Positions 26,572 to 36,773 of a stretch of 64,000 nt of DNA are shown piece by piece. The stretch comes from an uncultured Acidobacteriota bacterium (GTDB lineage Bacteria > Acidobacteriota > Thermoanaerobaculia > Gp7-AA8), in contig CAWGHO010000002.1 of assembly GCA_963822445.1 (NCBI GenBank), positions 1,920,001 to 1,984,000 of the forward strand, written 5' to 3'. The notes under the pieces were generated by a model. The model made no database searches, was not told the origin of the DNA, and was given only the letters and a program-made list of their open reading frames with translations. Position 1 is the stretch's first letter, and every line of letters begins with the position of its first letter. Made by a program: the position numbers and the translations under genes.

Positions 26572-27132
26572 ATGAAGACCTTCGCTCACACGGCCGGCGA
26601 GCTCGCGGCTCGCTGGTACGTGTTCCTCTTCCTGAACATCTACGGCGTCGCCAAGATCGCCGGCGGCCAGTTCTATCGCCACGGCAAGGTGCCCGTCGAC
26701 GTCGCGAGCACGCCACTCGGCGAAGCGTCCGCGTTCGATCTCGCCTGGGTCTTCATGGGTTACTCGTTCGGCTACATCCTCGTCATCGGACTCGCGGAGA
26801 TCATCGGTGCCTGGCTTCTCTTGTGGGAACGCACCAAGCTTCTTGGCGTCGCGGTTCTTCTGCCGGTGATGGTGAACGTCATCGTCTTCGATGTGTTCTT
26901 TCTCGACGAATACGGCGCGCTCGCCAGCGCGACGATCTACACGTTGCTCCTGATCGCCATCCTGATCCTCAACAAAGAGGCAGTGGTGCGGGCGATCCGC
27001 GCGCTCATTCCGGAATCCGGCGTGCTGTTCCGGCCGAGGGCGCGGGTTGCCGTCGTGGCACTCTCGCTCATGGCCCTGCTGTTCCTCGTCGATCAGTTGC
27101 TGGTGAACTTCTTCGGACACGGCAGGGGATAG
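26572..27132 (+). CDS. DoxX-like membrane protein
   Basis: YGVAKI..GQF, LAWVFMGYS, GLAEIIG. Confidence 0.6.
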   Translation: MKTFAHTAGELAARWYVFLFLNIYGVAKIAGGQFYRHGKVPVDVASTPLGEASAFDLAWVFMGYSFGYILVIGLAEIIGAWLLLWERTKLLGVAVLLPVMVNVIVFDVFFLDEYGALASATIYTLLLIAILILNKEAVVRAIRALIPESGVLFRPRARVAVVALSLMALLFLVDQLLVNFFGHGRG

Positions 27133-27137
27133 CGCGA

Positions 27138-28103
27138 TTACTTGCGCGGGATGAACGCCACGATCCGTTTCTCGAGCTCCGGCGCGAGCGGCAGCGAGGG
27201 ATCGCCGTACGAGGCGAGGTGCTGGTCGCGGTCACCGTCGAAAATCTTGAGCACGTGGTTCATGCCGCTGATCATGGCCAGCTCGCCGCGCGGCGCCGCG
27301 GCAACGAGCGCTTCCGCGTCAGCACGCGTAGCCTGGACGTCCGTCGTTCCCTGAACGATCAGCACCGGCACCTGCAGCCGCGCGATCTCCTTCGCCGGGT
27401 CATAGGCAAACCAGGAGATGAGATACGGCTGCACGCTCGGTCGATAGAGCATGAACAACGCCGGATTCACGGGCGACACGGTCTTGCCCGCGATGAGATT
27501 CTCCAGAACGCGCTCGCTCTCGTCCCACAGCTCCTTCGACAACTGCGGGCGCAACTGCTCGCGAAGGAGGTCCGGCGTCGTTCTTCCCGCGCCGGCGATC
27601 GAGACGAATGCATCCGCGCCCGCTTTCTGCGCGGCCAGGATGCCGAGGAGCGATCCTTCGCTGTGACCGATCACGGTGATGGTCGAGAAGCGGGGATCGC
27701 GCCGAAGCATGCGCACCCATTGCGCCGCGTCATCGGCGTAGTGATCGAAGCGGAGGTCGGCCTCGTTGAAGATGGGCGCGCTTGCCCCGATTCCTCTCTT
27801 GTCATAACGCAGCGAGGCGATTCCGTTGCGCGCAAGCGCCTCGGCGAGCATGCGCAGACTGTTGTTCGGCCCGGACAGCAACGGCGAATTGCCGTCGCGA
27901 TCGGTCGGTCCCGATCCGGCGATCAGCAGTGCCACCGGAATCGCTTTCTGCTGATTCGCCGGCACCAGCAGCGTTCCATGGAGCGCGCCCGTGACGCCCG
28001 GAAGCTCGACCTTCTCTCCGACCGGATCACTGGTCATGGCCGGAGCCGTTGCGCAGGACGCGAGCAACAACGCCGCGAGAATCGTGATCGTCATGGTTCT
28101 CAT
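27138..28103 (-). CDS. alpha/beta hydrolase lipoprotein
   Basis: Lipobox LASC, GSGPTDRDGN, GHSEG, GMNHVLK. Confidence 0.88.
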   Translation of the reverse strand: MRTMTITILAALLLASCATAPAMTSDPVGEKVELPGVTGALHGTLLVPANQQKAIPVALLIAGSGPTDRDGNSPLLSGPNNSLRMLAEALARNGIASLRYDKRGIGASAPIFNEADLRFDHYADDAAQWVRMLRRDPRFSTITVIGHSEGSLLGILAAQKAGADAFVSIAGAGRTTPDLLREQLRPQLSKELWDESERVLENLIAGKTVSPVNPALFMLYRPSVQPYLISWFAYDPAKEIARLQVPVLIVQGTTDVQATRADAEALVAAAPRGELAMISGMNHVLKIFDGDRDQHLASYGDPSLPLAPELEKRIVAFIPRK

Positions 28104-28162
28104 TGATCGCTACCGTAGCAGACTAGCTTCTATACTTTGCTGCGCCTGCGACGGAGGACTGA

Positions 28163-28573
28163 ATGCGCCTCGATGTCTACGTCAACTACCGCGGCAACTG
28201 CGAGCAAGCGTTCCGCTTCTACGAGCAACACCTCGGCGGCAAGATCACCGGGCTGGTGCGGCACGGCGAACAGCCCGGCAATCCGAACATCCCCGCCGAC
28301 TGGAAGGACAAGGTCATGCATGCGCGCATGGACATCGGCGACACGGTGCTCATGGGCGCGGACATCCCGAACGCGGAACCAATGCGCAGCGCTTACCTGA
28401 CGGTTACCGTCGATCGGGAGGAAGACGCGGAGCGAATTTATGAAGCGCTGCTCGCGGATGGCGGGGAGATCTTCATGAAGATGGAGAAGACCCCGTTCGC
28501 CAACCGCTTCGCCATGCTGCGCGACAAGTTCGGCGCGTCCTGGATGCTTCTACATCAACCCGAAGCTTCGTGA
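28163..28573 (+). CDS. VOC/PhnB family protein
   Basis: GNCEQAFRFY, VMHA, DKFGASWM. Confidence 0.88.
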   Translation: MRLDVYVNYRGNCEQAFRFYEQHLGGKITGLVRHGEQPGNPNIPADWKDKVMHARMDIGDTVLMGADIPNAEPMRSAYLTVTVDREEDAERIYEALLADGGEIFMKMEKTPFANRFAMLRDKFGASWMLLHQPEAS

Positions 28574-28579
28574 CGCGTC

Positions 28580-29401
28580 ATGCGAGCCGCGCTAGGTAAG
28601 CTCTGGGGTCGCTTGCCGGCGCTGGTGCGTGGTGCGGTCCTCGCGTTCGTCATCCTCGCCATCGGACAGTTGCCGCCCGGCGTCTTTCTCGCGATTGGCT
28701 TGCAGTTCACGCCACGGATCCCGTGGTGGCCGTTGCCGACGATCGTGTGGCTGTGGCTGTTCTGGCAATCCCTGAACGGCCGTTGGTGGCCGTCGACGAC
28801 GGCCGAAGCGAGACGCGAGCATCTTCGCGCGCCGCCGCTGTCCGCGCGCATGTGGATCTGGTCCCTCGTTGCCGGCGGTTTCGGCATGGCCGCCGTGCTG
28901 ACTACGGCGCTCTTGGCCGGTCTCGTCGCCGATCTCCCTCGTGAAGCGTACGAGGCGCCGCTCGACCTCACGCGCTACCCCACCTGGACCGTCGTGGCGT
29001 TCTTCTTCAACGTCGCGCTGGTGGCCGGAGTCGTGGAAGAGGCCGCGTTTCGAGGGTACATGCTGTCCATCGTCCAGCGGCGCCACGGCTGGTGGATTGG
29101 GATCACCAGCGTGGCCGTTTTCTTCTACCTCGTGCACCTGAGCCACGCCTACGCGACTTCGGCGTTCGTTCCGTTCTTCCTGGCCTACAGTTTCCTGCAC
29201 GGTCTGCTGGTGTATCTGACGCGTTCGATTCGTCCCAGCGTTCTGCTTCACGCTCTCGGCGACTTCACCATTCTGCCGATCCAGTACGGAGTCATGCGCG
29301 ATCCATTCGGTCCCTCGATTCGCGCGCACGTACTGGCGGTGCTGTGCTTCGGGGTCCTGACGCTGATCGCGTTCCGCTCTCTCGCTCAGAATCGTTCGTA
29401 G
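28580..29401 (+). CDS. CPBP (CAAX/Abi) intramembrane metalloprotease
   Basis: EEAAFRGY, FYLVH, LLHALGD. Confidence 0.85.
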   Translation: MRAALGKLWGRLPALVRGAVLAFVILAIGQLPPGVFLAIGLQFTPRIPWWPLPTIVWLWLFWQSLNGRWWPSTTAEARREHLRAPPLSARMWIWSLVAGGFGMAAVLTTALLAGLVADLPREAYEAPLDLTRYPTWTVVAFFFNVALVAGVVEEAAFRGYMLSIVQRRHGWWIGITSVAVFFYLVHLSHAYATSAFVPFFLAYSFLHGLLVYLTRSIRPSVLLHALGDFTILPIQYGVMRDPFGPSIRAHVLAVLCFGVLTLIAFRSLAQNRS

Positions 29402-29802
29402 AACGTATCGATCACGCCGAAGCCCTCGACCGGCACCGCATGCATGCGCAGACCGAATGCGGTCTTGCCGTTCAGCACGCGATTGGCGAAGGAACCGGTG
29501 ATGGTTCGGGAGCTGCCGTCGTCGAAGTTCGCGCGCGCGGTGAAGCTCGCTCCGTTCAGGACGATCGCGTTCAGAACGGCGACGCGGCCCATCTCGACGT
29601 AGTTGCCGCGCAGCACTCCTTCGTCGGACAGTTCCAGGATCAGACCGTACGACTCGGCGGGACCGCGGTAGCTGCCGGTGACATCCGCCGCCTGCACGGT
29701 CACTGCTTCGAAACGCTTGTTCTTCGTTTTCGGTGCTTTGTTCTTCTCGGCGTACGATGCGAAGGCGACGACGATCAGCAGGATGGCTCCAAACTTCCGC
29801 AT
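29386..29802 (-). CDS. secreted hypothetical protein
   Basis: Signal peptide MRKFGAILLIVVAFASYA; SD GGAGGA. Confidence 0.65.
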   Translation of the reverse strand: MRKFGAILLIVVAFASYAEKNKAPKTKNKRFEAVTVQAADVTGSYRGPAESYGLILELSDEGVLRGNYVEMGRVAVLNAIVLNGASFTARANFDDGSSRTITGSFANRVLNGKTAFGLRMHAVPVEGFGVIDTFYERF

Positions 29803-29854
29803 GGTCAGGTCCTCCATTTGTAAATACGGCGGAATGCGGGTTTAGTTAGCAACC

Positions 29855-30202
29855 ATGCAAGGCGCTCTCTACCTCGCCGCGTTTCTTCTGGTCGCCGTGG
29901 GCATCGCCCATTCCTATCTCGGCGAGCGCTTCATCCTTTCGCGGCTGGCCGGCCGCAGCAGTGAGTCGATGATGCGGGTCCTGCGGTTCGCGTGGCACAT
30001 CACCACGGTGGCCTGGTGGGGATTCGCGGGAGTCATCGTCGTGCTCGCGCACCCGCCTGCGACGCCGAAGAACCTCGGCCTGGCGATCGGCTGCACGTTT
30101 CTCCTGCACTTTGCGATCGTGATCATCGCTTCGCGAGCCAAACATCTGTCCTGGCCCGTGTTCCTCGCGATCGGTATTCTCGTGATCTACGCGACGCGAT
30201 GA
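29855..30202 (+). CDS. small membrane protein
   Basis: AHSYLGERFIL, LRFAWHITT; four hydrophobic segments. Confidence 0.65.
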   Translation: MQGALYLAAFLLVAVGIAHSYLGERFILSRLAGRSSESMMRVLRFAWHITTVAWWGFAGVIVVLAHPPATPKNLGLAIGCTFLLHFAIVIIASRAKHLSWPVFLAIGILVIYATR

Positions 30203-30203
30203 C

Positions 30204-30884
30204 ATGAGTGAATCAGTCGATGTCCAGGTTGAGTCGGCCCTCGCGTGGCTGAGGAAGCACAGCACCAAGGCCGCGCTCGATGGCATGTCCCGCTACGCCA
30301 TCCCCTCGACCAACGCCTACGGAGTGGCCATGAAAGACATCAAGGCCCTCGGCAAAACGATCGGTCGGAACCACGACCTCGCGCTGGCACTTTGGGAAAC
30401 CGGGGTTTACGAGGCGCGCATGCTCAGCTCGTTCGTCGGCGATCCGGAGAAGCTCACCGCGGCACAGATGGACCGCTGGTGCAAAGACTTCGACAACTGG
30501 GCCTACTGCGACGCGTTGAGCTTCAACCTCTTCGACCGCTCGCCGCATGCGTGGGCGAAGGTTGCGAAGTGGAGCAGCAGGAAGAACGAGTTCGAGAAGC
30601 GGGCGGCCTTCGCGCTGCTGTGGAGTCTCGCCCTTCACGACAAATCAGCGGACGACGCGCAATTCATGAAAGGCCTCGCTTTGATCGAGCGAGAAGCGAC
30701 GGACGAGCGCAATTTCGTGAAGAAGGCCGTGAACATGGCCCTTCGCGCGATCGCGAGACGCAACCGCAAGCTGGAGGCCGCGGCGATCGCCGTCGCGCGG
30801 CGTCTGGCGAGCTCCGAGAATGCGACGGAGCGGTGGGTGGGGAAGGACGCGCTCAACGAGATGACGCGGAGGAAGGCAAAATGA
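30204..30884 (+). CDS. DNA alkylation repair protein (AlkD-like HEAT repeat)
   Basis: LALALWETGVYEARML, FDNWAYCD, DERNFVKKAVNMALR. Confidence 0.85.
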   Translation: MSESVDVQVESALAWLRKHSTKAALDGMSRYAIPSTNAYGVAMKDIKALGKTIGRNHDLALALWETGVYEARMLSSFVGDPEKLTAAQMDRWCKDFDNWAYCDALSFNLFDRSPHAWAKVAKWSSRKNEFEKRAAFALLWSLALHDKSADDAQFMKGLALIEREATDERNFVKKAVNMALRAIARRNRKLEAAAIAVARRLASSENATERWVGKDALNEMTRRKAK

Positions 30885-31231
30885 CACGCAATAAAGAGAC
30901 AGTCGAGAAATACATGGAAGGCTTCCGGCGAAGCGATCATGCCGCGATCCTGGCCTGCCTCACCGACGACGTCGAATGGGAGCTTCCCGGCGCGTTTCAC
31001 ATCCATGGGAAGGAAGCGTTCGACCGGCACATCGAGAGCGAAGCATTCGTCGGGAGTCCCGCAATCACCGTCACCCGTCTCACCGAAGAGAACGATGTGG
31101 TCATTGCCGAAGGAACGGTGCGCACGCAGCAGAAGGACGGAGCGGTTCTGAATCTGGTGTTCTGCGATGTATGCGAGATGCGCGAGGGCCTGATCAAGCG
31201 GCTCGTGAGCTATCTGGTCGTCGTCGGGTGA
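30881..31231 (+). CDS. SnoaL/NTF2-like protein
   Basis: YMEGFRRSDH..ACLTDDVEW, VFCDV. Confidence 0.8.
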   Translation: MTRNKETVEKYMEGFRRSDHAAILACLTDDVEWELPGAFHIHGKEAFDRHIESEAFVGSPAITVTRLTEENDVVIAEGTVRTQQKDGAVLNLVFCDVCEMREGLIKRLVSYLVVVG

Positions 31232-31241
31232 GACGCCGCGT

Positions 31242-31640
31242 ATGCAGGAGATCGCGTTTGGCATCGGCCTGGTTCTGCTCGTTCTGGCCTTTCTGGCCTT
31301 TCGAAAGACCAGGACCTTCATTGCGCGATGCCGCATGGCGCAGGGGACGATCACCGCTTTCACCGAAGAGCAGGATTCCGACAGCGGGTCGACTTACTAC
31401 TATTCGGTAATCCGTTTCGTCGATTCATCGGGTGCGTCGCATGAGATCCCTGGCGCGCATGGGTTGCAGGAGCCGCCGGAAATCGGCACGCCCGTTTCGA
31501 TTACTTATGATCCCTCGTATCCGACGAACGCCTGGATCACCGGGACGGCCGCCCCGTGGGTGATTCCGTGGCTGGTGTTGATCGCCGGTCTTTGCGCGAT
31601 CGGCGCAGGCGTGGGCGTTCGCTTCAGCGGAGGGTCGTGA
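31242..31640 (+). CDS. DUF3592-like membrane protein
   Basis: TM-beta-TM architecture, AQGTI, VSITYDPSYP. Confidence 0.65.
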   Translation: MQEIAFGIGLVLLVLAFLAFRKTRTFIARCRMAQGTITAFTEEQDSDSGSTYYYSVIRFVDSSGASHEIPGAHGLQEPPEIGTPVSITYDPSYPTNAWITGTAAPWVIPWLVLIAGLCAIGAGVGVRFSGGS

Positions 31641-31975
31641 TGACCTTCATCAATTGGGCTGATTCCGAAGAAATGCTCGGACTGTTGTCGGAGTACGTCG
31701 CCGACGAGCGCGGCGAAGCTCACGGCGATCCGCCCCGCGCGGCATTCCTCGCCGAGCTCTCTGCCGCGCTTTCCGATCTGCTCGAGCGTGCCGACGATCT
31801 GCCGGCGACCGAAGTGATCGAGCAATTGCGGGCGATTCATCGGGAGCAGGATGATGCGTTTGCCGCGGATCCTGTGCTCGTTCACGTCGAAGCCTGCATC
31901 GAAGAACTGCAGCGGATCGCGGGCTGGGAGAAACATGCCGAACTGGAGCATCGCCCCTTACTTCCTTGTCGATGA
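31640..31975 (+). CDS. hypothetical protein
   Basis: MTFINWADSEEMLGLL; coupled TGATG start. Confidence 0.55.
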   Translation: MTFINWADSEEMLGLLSEYVADERGEAHGDPPRAAFLAELSAALSDLLERADDLPATEVIEQLRAIHREQDDAFAADPVLVHVEACIEELQRIAGWEKHAELEHRPLLPCR

Positions 31976-32327
31976 CGTCGTCACGAGCGCGAATTTCTAT
32001 CGCGACAAGCTCGGCTTCCACTACGACCGCTTCTTCGGCGAGCCGCCGGCCTTCTGCATGGTCAGGCGCAGCGGGGTGGTCATCATGCTCAGCTGTTTCC
32101 CGCGCACGCAGGTCATGCGGCCGAATCATCTCGCCGACTCCGAGGGGGAAGCGTGGGATGCGTACGTGTGGGTCGATGACGCCGATGCGCTCTTCGAGGA
32201 ATTCACGGCGAAGGGCGTGAAGATCACCCGCTCCATCTGCGACCAGCCGTACGGCTGCCGCGACTTCGACGTCGAGGACTGCAACGGTTACAGGCTCTGC
32301 TTCGGTCACGACATCGAAACGAAGTAG
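31935..32327 (+). CDS. VOC/bleomycin-resistance-like protein
   Basis: FYRDKLGF, QPYGCRDFDVEDCNGYRLCFG. Confidence 0.85.
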   Translation: MPNWSIAPYFLVDDVVTSANFYRDKLGFHYDRFFGEPPAFCMVRRSGVVIMLSCFPRTQVMRPNHLADSEGEAWDAYVWVDDADALFEEFTAKGVKITRSICDQPYGCRDFDVEDCNGYRLCFGHDIETK

Positions 32328-32357
32328 CCGGGGCGGCGGTGCTAGGCTACGCGAGCC

Positions 32358-34925
32358 ATGAAATCAGCCCGTTTCCTCGCTCTCGCGCTTCTGTTCCTCG
32401 CCTCGAACCTCACCGCGGCCACGCTGCGGCTCGGCACCGACGTCGTCCCGACTTCGCAGTCGATCATGCTCACCGTCGATCCCCGCAAGGACGACTTCAC
32501 CGGCTCGGTGAAAGTCGACCTGGACGTGAAGAAGGCGACGTCGAGCTTCCGCTTTCACGCCGAGGATCTGACGATCACTTCCCTGGACCTCTCGGGGGCC
32601 GAAGCGTCGTTCGCAAAAGGGGAGGAAGGGACGGTCCTCGTCACGACGAAAGCACCGTTGAAGCCCGGCAAATACGTCCTCAACGTGAGCTTCGACAACA
32701 AGTTCAACCGCCAGGCGGTCGGCTTGTACAAGATGCTCACGAAGGACAAAGAGCCGTATCTCTTCACGCAGATGGAGGCCATCGATGCCCGGCGCGCGTT
32801 CCCGGTCTGGGATGAGCCGGCGTTCAAGATCCCCTATCAGCTGACGGTCACGATTCCCGCGGAATACGACGCGGTGGCCAACGCGCCGGTGGCGTCGGAA
32901 ACGGCGAAAGACGGCTCGAAGACGATTCAGTTCGCGCGCACCAAGCCGATGCCCTCGTATCTCATCGCCCTCGCCGTCGGCAAGTTCGACTACACCCCCA
33001 TCAACGGCCTCGGCGTCCCGGGACGCGTCATCGCGCCGAAGGGACAGGGACATCTCTCGAAGTACGCGGCGGAGATCACGCCGCCGGTGCTCGCGGCGCT
33101 GGAGAAGTATTTCGGCAGCAAGTATCCGTACGAAAAAGTCGACCTCATCGCCGTGCCGGAGTACTGGGCCGGGGCGATGGAGAATCCGGGCCTCATCACC
33201 TATCGTGACACCATCCTGCTCGTCGACCCCGCAACGGCCACGCCGTCCGCGCGGCAGAACGCCATCCGCGTCACCGCCCACGAGCTCGCGCACATGTGGT
33301 TCGGCGACGTCGTGACCATGGAGTGGTGGGACGACCTCTGGCTCAACGAGTCGTTCGCCGATTGGATGGGGGACAAGATCACCGATCAGGTCCACCCCGA
33401 GTTCAACCATCTGATCGGAGAGTTGCGTGGCATTCAGCGGGTGATGAGCGCCGACGCGCGCGCGACGACGGATCCGATCCGCAAGAAGGACATGGCCCCG
33501 ACCGATGCCATGAGCAACGTCGGCATCGCCTACGACAAAGGCAAAGCGGTCCTCACGATGTTCGAGCGCTGGATCGGGCCCGAAAAGTTTCGCCAGGGCG
33601 TGCTCGATCACATCAAGAGCAACGCCTGGGGCAACGCCAACGCATCGGAGTTCTTCGCGTCGCTTGCGAAACATGCGCCGGCCGGCACCGTCGCTGCGCT
33701 GGAGACCTTCATCCTCCAGCCGGGCATTCCGCTGGTGAAGGTGGAGATGATCGGCGCGAACGAAGTGAAGCTGACGCAGACGCGCTTCGCGACCGGCACG
33801 GTCACGCCGCAGACCTGGCGCGTCCCGGTAACGATGCGCTACTCGGACGGAACGAAAGTGCGAACGGCCACCGTCCTGCTGGATGCGCCGTCGAAGACGC
33901 TGAAGCTCGAAGGCAATCGCGTCGACTGGCTGTTCCCGCACGCCCACGCGTCGGGCTACTACCGCTGGCAGATGCCCGAGGAGTCGATGTCGGCGCTGGC
34001 GTCGCGGGCTACGACGGTTCTCGAGCCGGCGGAGCGCCTCACGTTCATCGGCAACGCCGGAGCGCTCTTCAGCAACGGAACGATTCACGGCGACACGTAT
34101 CTCGAGATCCTGAGCCGCTTCGCAAACGATCCCGACCCGCAGGTCCTGTCGTCGATGATGGGCGCCCTCGCGCAGATCCGGACCGTCTTCGATACCGCCG
34201 AGAATCGCGCTCTGTTCGCCGCGTACCTTCGCCGCAATCTCGGACCGGCCCTCGATCGCATCGGCTTCACGCCCGTCGAAGGAGAGCCGCAATCGATCAC
34301 CGTCCTCCGTCCCGAATTGCTCTCGCTCCTCGGCATTTTCGGCCAGGACGAGCGCGTCTGGAAATTCGCCGCTGAGCGGTTGCCGGCGTATTTGAAAGAC
34401 CCTTCGACCGTCCATCCGACGCTGGTCAATACGGTACTCGCGCTTTCAGCCATGCGCGGTGACGAGACGTTGTACGAGGAGTACCGCAAGCGATTCGAGA
34501 CGGCCACGCTGCCCGCCGATCGCTCGCGTTATCTCTCTGCTCTCGGCCGTTTCCGCGACCCTGTGCTGAAGAAGAGGGCGCGCGCGTACTCACTCACGGG
34601 GCCGGTCCGGGCGAATGAGATGTTCGTCCTGTTCGGCGGCTCGGAAACGCCGGAAGAGCGCGACGAGGCGTTCGAGTGGGCACTCGCGAACTTCGACGAG
34701 ATCATGAAACGTCTGCCGCCGGCGTTTGCAGCGGGCATGGTCGGCATCGCTTCGGGCTGCGAACCGGAGCGCGTTGCGCGGACCCGGGAGTTCTTGACCG
34801 CGAAAAAGATCCCCGGCGTTGAGCGGCGTCTCGCGCAGGTCGAGGAGCAGGTCCGTGACTGCGCCGCACTCAAGGCGCGGGAGATGCGCGCGGTGTCGGA
34901 GTTTCTCGCTGCTGCACCGCAATGA
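32358..34925 (+). CDS. M1 family aminopeptidase (secreted)
   Basis: GAMEN, HELAH-x18-E, ERAP1-like C-terminus, signal peptide. Confidence 0.92.
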   Translation: MKSARFLALALLFLASNLTAATLRLGTDVVPTSQSIMLTVDPRKDDFTGSVKVDLDVKKATSSFRFHAEDLTITSLDLSGAEASFAKGEEGTVLVTTKAPLKPGKYVLNVSFDNKFNRQAVGLYKMLTKDKEPYLFTQMEAIDARRAFPVWDEPAFKIPYQLTVTIPAEYDAVANAPVASETAKDGSKTIQFARTKPMPSYLIALAVGKFDYTPINGLGVPGRVIAPKGQGHLSKYAAEITPPVLAALEKYFGSKYPYEKVDLIAVPEYWAGAMENPGLITYRDTILLVDPATATPSARQNAIRVTAHELAHMWFGDVVTMEWWDDLWLNESFADWMGDKITDQVHPEFNHLIGELRGIQRVMSADARATTDPIRKKDMAPTDAMSNVGIAYDKGKAVLTMFERWIGPEKFRQGVLDHIKSNAWGNANASEFFASLAKHAPAGTVAALETFILQPGIPLVKVEMIGANEVKLTQTRFATGTVTPQTWRVPVTMRYSDGTKVRTATVLLDAPSKTLKLEGNRVDWLFPHAHASGYYRWQMPEESMSALASRATTVLEPAERLTFIGNAGALFSNGTIHGDTYLEILSRFANDPDPQVLSSMMGALAQIRTVFDTAENRALFAAYLRRNLGPALDRIGFTPVEGEPQSITVLRPELLSLLGIFGQDERVWKFAAERLPAYLKDPSTVHPTLVNTVLALSAMRGDETLYEEYRKRFETATLPADRSRYLSALGRFRDPVLKKRARAYSLTGPVRANEMFVLFGGSETPEERDEAFEWALANFDEIMKRLPPAFAAGMVGIASGCEPERVARTREFLTAKKIPGVERRLAQVEEQVRDCAALKAREMRAVSEFLAAAPQ

Positions 34926-35710
34926 TCCGGACGATCACGGCGACGCAGTACGTCACGCCTCTGCGCGAAGGCGGATCGTTGCCGGCGATCGTCGAAGGGG
35001 ATGACGACGGGACTTATGTTCTGAAGTTTCGAGGGGCCGGGCAGGGCGTTCGCGCGCTGATCGCGGAGCTCATCTCCGGCGAGATCGCCCGCCTCCTCGG
35101 CCTTCCCGTTCCGGAGATCGTTTTCGCGGACGTCGATCCGCGGATGGCCAAGACCGAGCCGGATGCGGAAATTCAGGAGTTGCTGCGTCGCAGTGAAGGG
35201 CTCAATCTCGCGCTCGACTACCTGCCGGGCTCCATCGCGTTCGATCCGCTGGTCGACGGACCGGTGGCCGGGAAGGATCGGCTCGCGTCGAAGATCGTCT
35301 GGTTCGACGCCTTCGTGACGAACGTCGATCGCACCGCGCGCAACAGCAATCTGCTGGTCTGGCACCGCAAGCTGTGGCTCATCGATCATGGAGCGTCGCT
35401 CTACTTTCATCACTCGTGGGACGATTACCGGGAGCGGAGCCGCGGCGTCTTTGCGCAGATCAAAGATCACGTGCTGCTGCGATGGGCCAATGAGATTCAC
35501 GACGTCGATTCGGAGCTTGCCGCGATGCTGAGCGAGAGCGAGATCGCGCGCGTGGTCGACCTCGTGCCCGAGACGTGGCTCGGCGACGTCGAATCGTTTG
35601 CGACCGCTGCCGATCATCGCGCGGCGTATCGCGAGTACCTCATGCGCCGGCTGGAAGGGCCGCGCGCCTGGGTCGAGGAGGCCGCGCGTGCGCGATCTCT
35701 GCTCGTTTGA
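34922..35710 (+). CDS. HipA-like kinase
   Basis: PLREGGSLP, YVLKFRGAGQG, NVDRT..NSNLL, WLIDHGA. Confidence 0.85.
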   Translation: MIRTITATQYVTPLREGGSLPAIVEGDDDGTYVLKFRGAGQGVRALIAELISGEIARLLGLPVPEIVFADVDPRMAKTEPDAEIQELLRRSEGLNLALDYLPGSIAFDPLVDGPVAGKDRLASKIVWFDAFVTNVDRTARNSNLLVWHRKLWLIDHGASLYFHHSWDDYRERSRGVFAQIKDHVLLRWANEIHDVDSELAAMLSESEIARVVDLVPETWLGDVESFATAADHRAAYREYLMRRLEGPRAWVEEAARARSLLV

Positions 35711-36080
35711 TTACGCCGTGGTCCGCGTCGTTCCCCGCGTCGAACGCGGCGAGTTTCTCAACGCCGGCGTGATCCTGTTCTGTTCGACGAAAGAGTTTCT
35801 CGACGCGCGCATCGGCCTCGATCCGCAACGCCTCCTCGCGCTCGCGCCGGAGATCGATCTGCAGCTCGTCCAGGATCATCTCGACGTGATTCCGCGCCTT
35901 TGCCGCGGCGGCGACGACGCCGGCGCGATCGGCGCGCTGACGCAGCGGGAGCGGTTTCATTGGCTCGTAGCCCCGCGCAGCACGATGATTCAGCTGTCGC
36001 CCGTTCATTCGGGCGTCGGACCTGACCCCGCGGCCGCGCTGCAGACGTTGTTCGACAAGCTCGTGCGGACCGATCGGTGA
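35688..36080 (+). CDS. DUF3037 domain protein
   Basis: DYAVVRVVPRVERGEFLNAGV, RERFHWLVAPRST; GTG after GAGGAGG. Confidence 0.85.
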   Translation: MRDLCSFDYAVVRVVPRVERGEFLNAGVILFCSTKEFLDARIGLDPQRLLALAPEIDLQLVQDHLDVIPRLCRGGDDAGAIGALTQRERFHWLVAPRSTMIQLSPVHSGVGPDPAAALQTLFDKLVRTDR

Positions 36081-36757
36081 GAACCGACGTCATCCTCCTG
36101 CCGGGGCTGCACGGCTCGACGGCGCTGTTCGAAGCGTTCATCGCGCTCGCTCCATCGTGGGCTCGATGCCGGCCGATCGCCCTGCCGGCCGACGGAGAGC
36201 AAACGTTCGATGCGCTGGCCGATGCCCTCGAGCCGCAAGTGCGACTGCTGGAAGGATTTCTTCTCTTCGGCGAATCGTTCAGCGCGCCGATCGCCGCCAG
36301 ACTTGCTGCGCGTCTCGGCAGCAAGGTGGCCTTGCTGGTGCTCTGCAATCCGCTCGTTGATTCGCCGGTGACGATCGCACCGTCGATCGGTGTGCCGATT
36401 CTTCGCTCGCGGTTCATGCCGGCCTGGACGGCCGCTTTGGCGATGACCGGCGGCGACCGGGTCATCGCAGCGGCGATGCTGAGCGAGGTGCGTGCGCTTC
36501 CGAAGGACGTTCTCGTGCGAAGGCTGGCGACGGCTGCGTCGGCCCGAGGCGATGATCTGCTTCGCTATCTCGCCGCGCCGCTCCTCATCATCACTGGCAC
36601 CTCCGACCGCCTGCTTTCGCCGCGCCCGGTTGAAGAGATGCTGGAGAAGGTGGAGTTCAGCGTCGGCGTGGACATTGACGCTCCGCATCTCGCGGCGCAG
36701 GTCGCGCCGGCCGCGGTCTGGGCGGCAATCAACGAAGAGTTCCTCAGCGCGGCCTGA
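36077..36757 (+). CDS. alpha/beta fold hydrolase
   Basis: LPGLHGS, GESFS, GTSDRL, APH. Confidence 0.75.
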   Translation: MRTDVILLPGLHGSTALFEAFIALAPSWARCRPIALPADGEQTFDALADALEPQVRLLEGFLLFGESFSAPIAARLAARLGSKVALLVLCNPLVDSPVTIAPSIGVPILRSRFMPAWTAALAMTGGDRVIAAAMLSEVRALPKDVLVRRLATAASARGDDLLRYLAAPLLIITGTSDRLLSPRPVEEMLEKVEFSVGVDIDAPHLAAQVAPAAVWAAINEEFLSAA

Positions 36758-36773
36758 CTTATCCTTGGCCGCG

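Noticed and set aside
17095-32330. Prophage or complete integron
   Set aside because: No phage structural genes, integrase, intI or attC array recognised; only one truncated attC.
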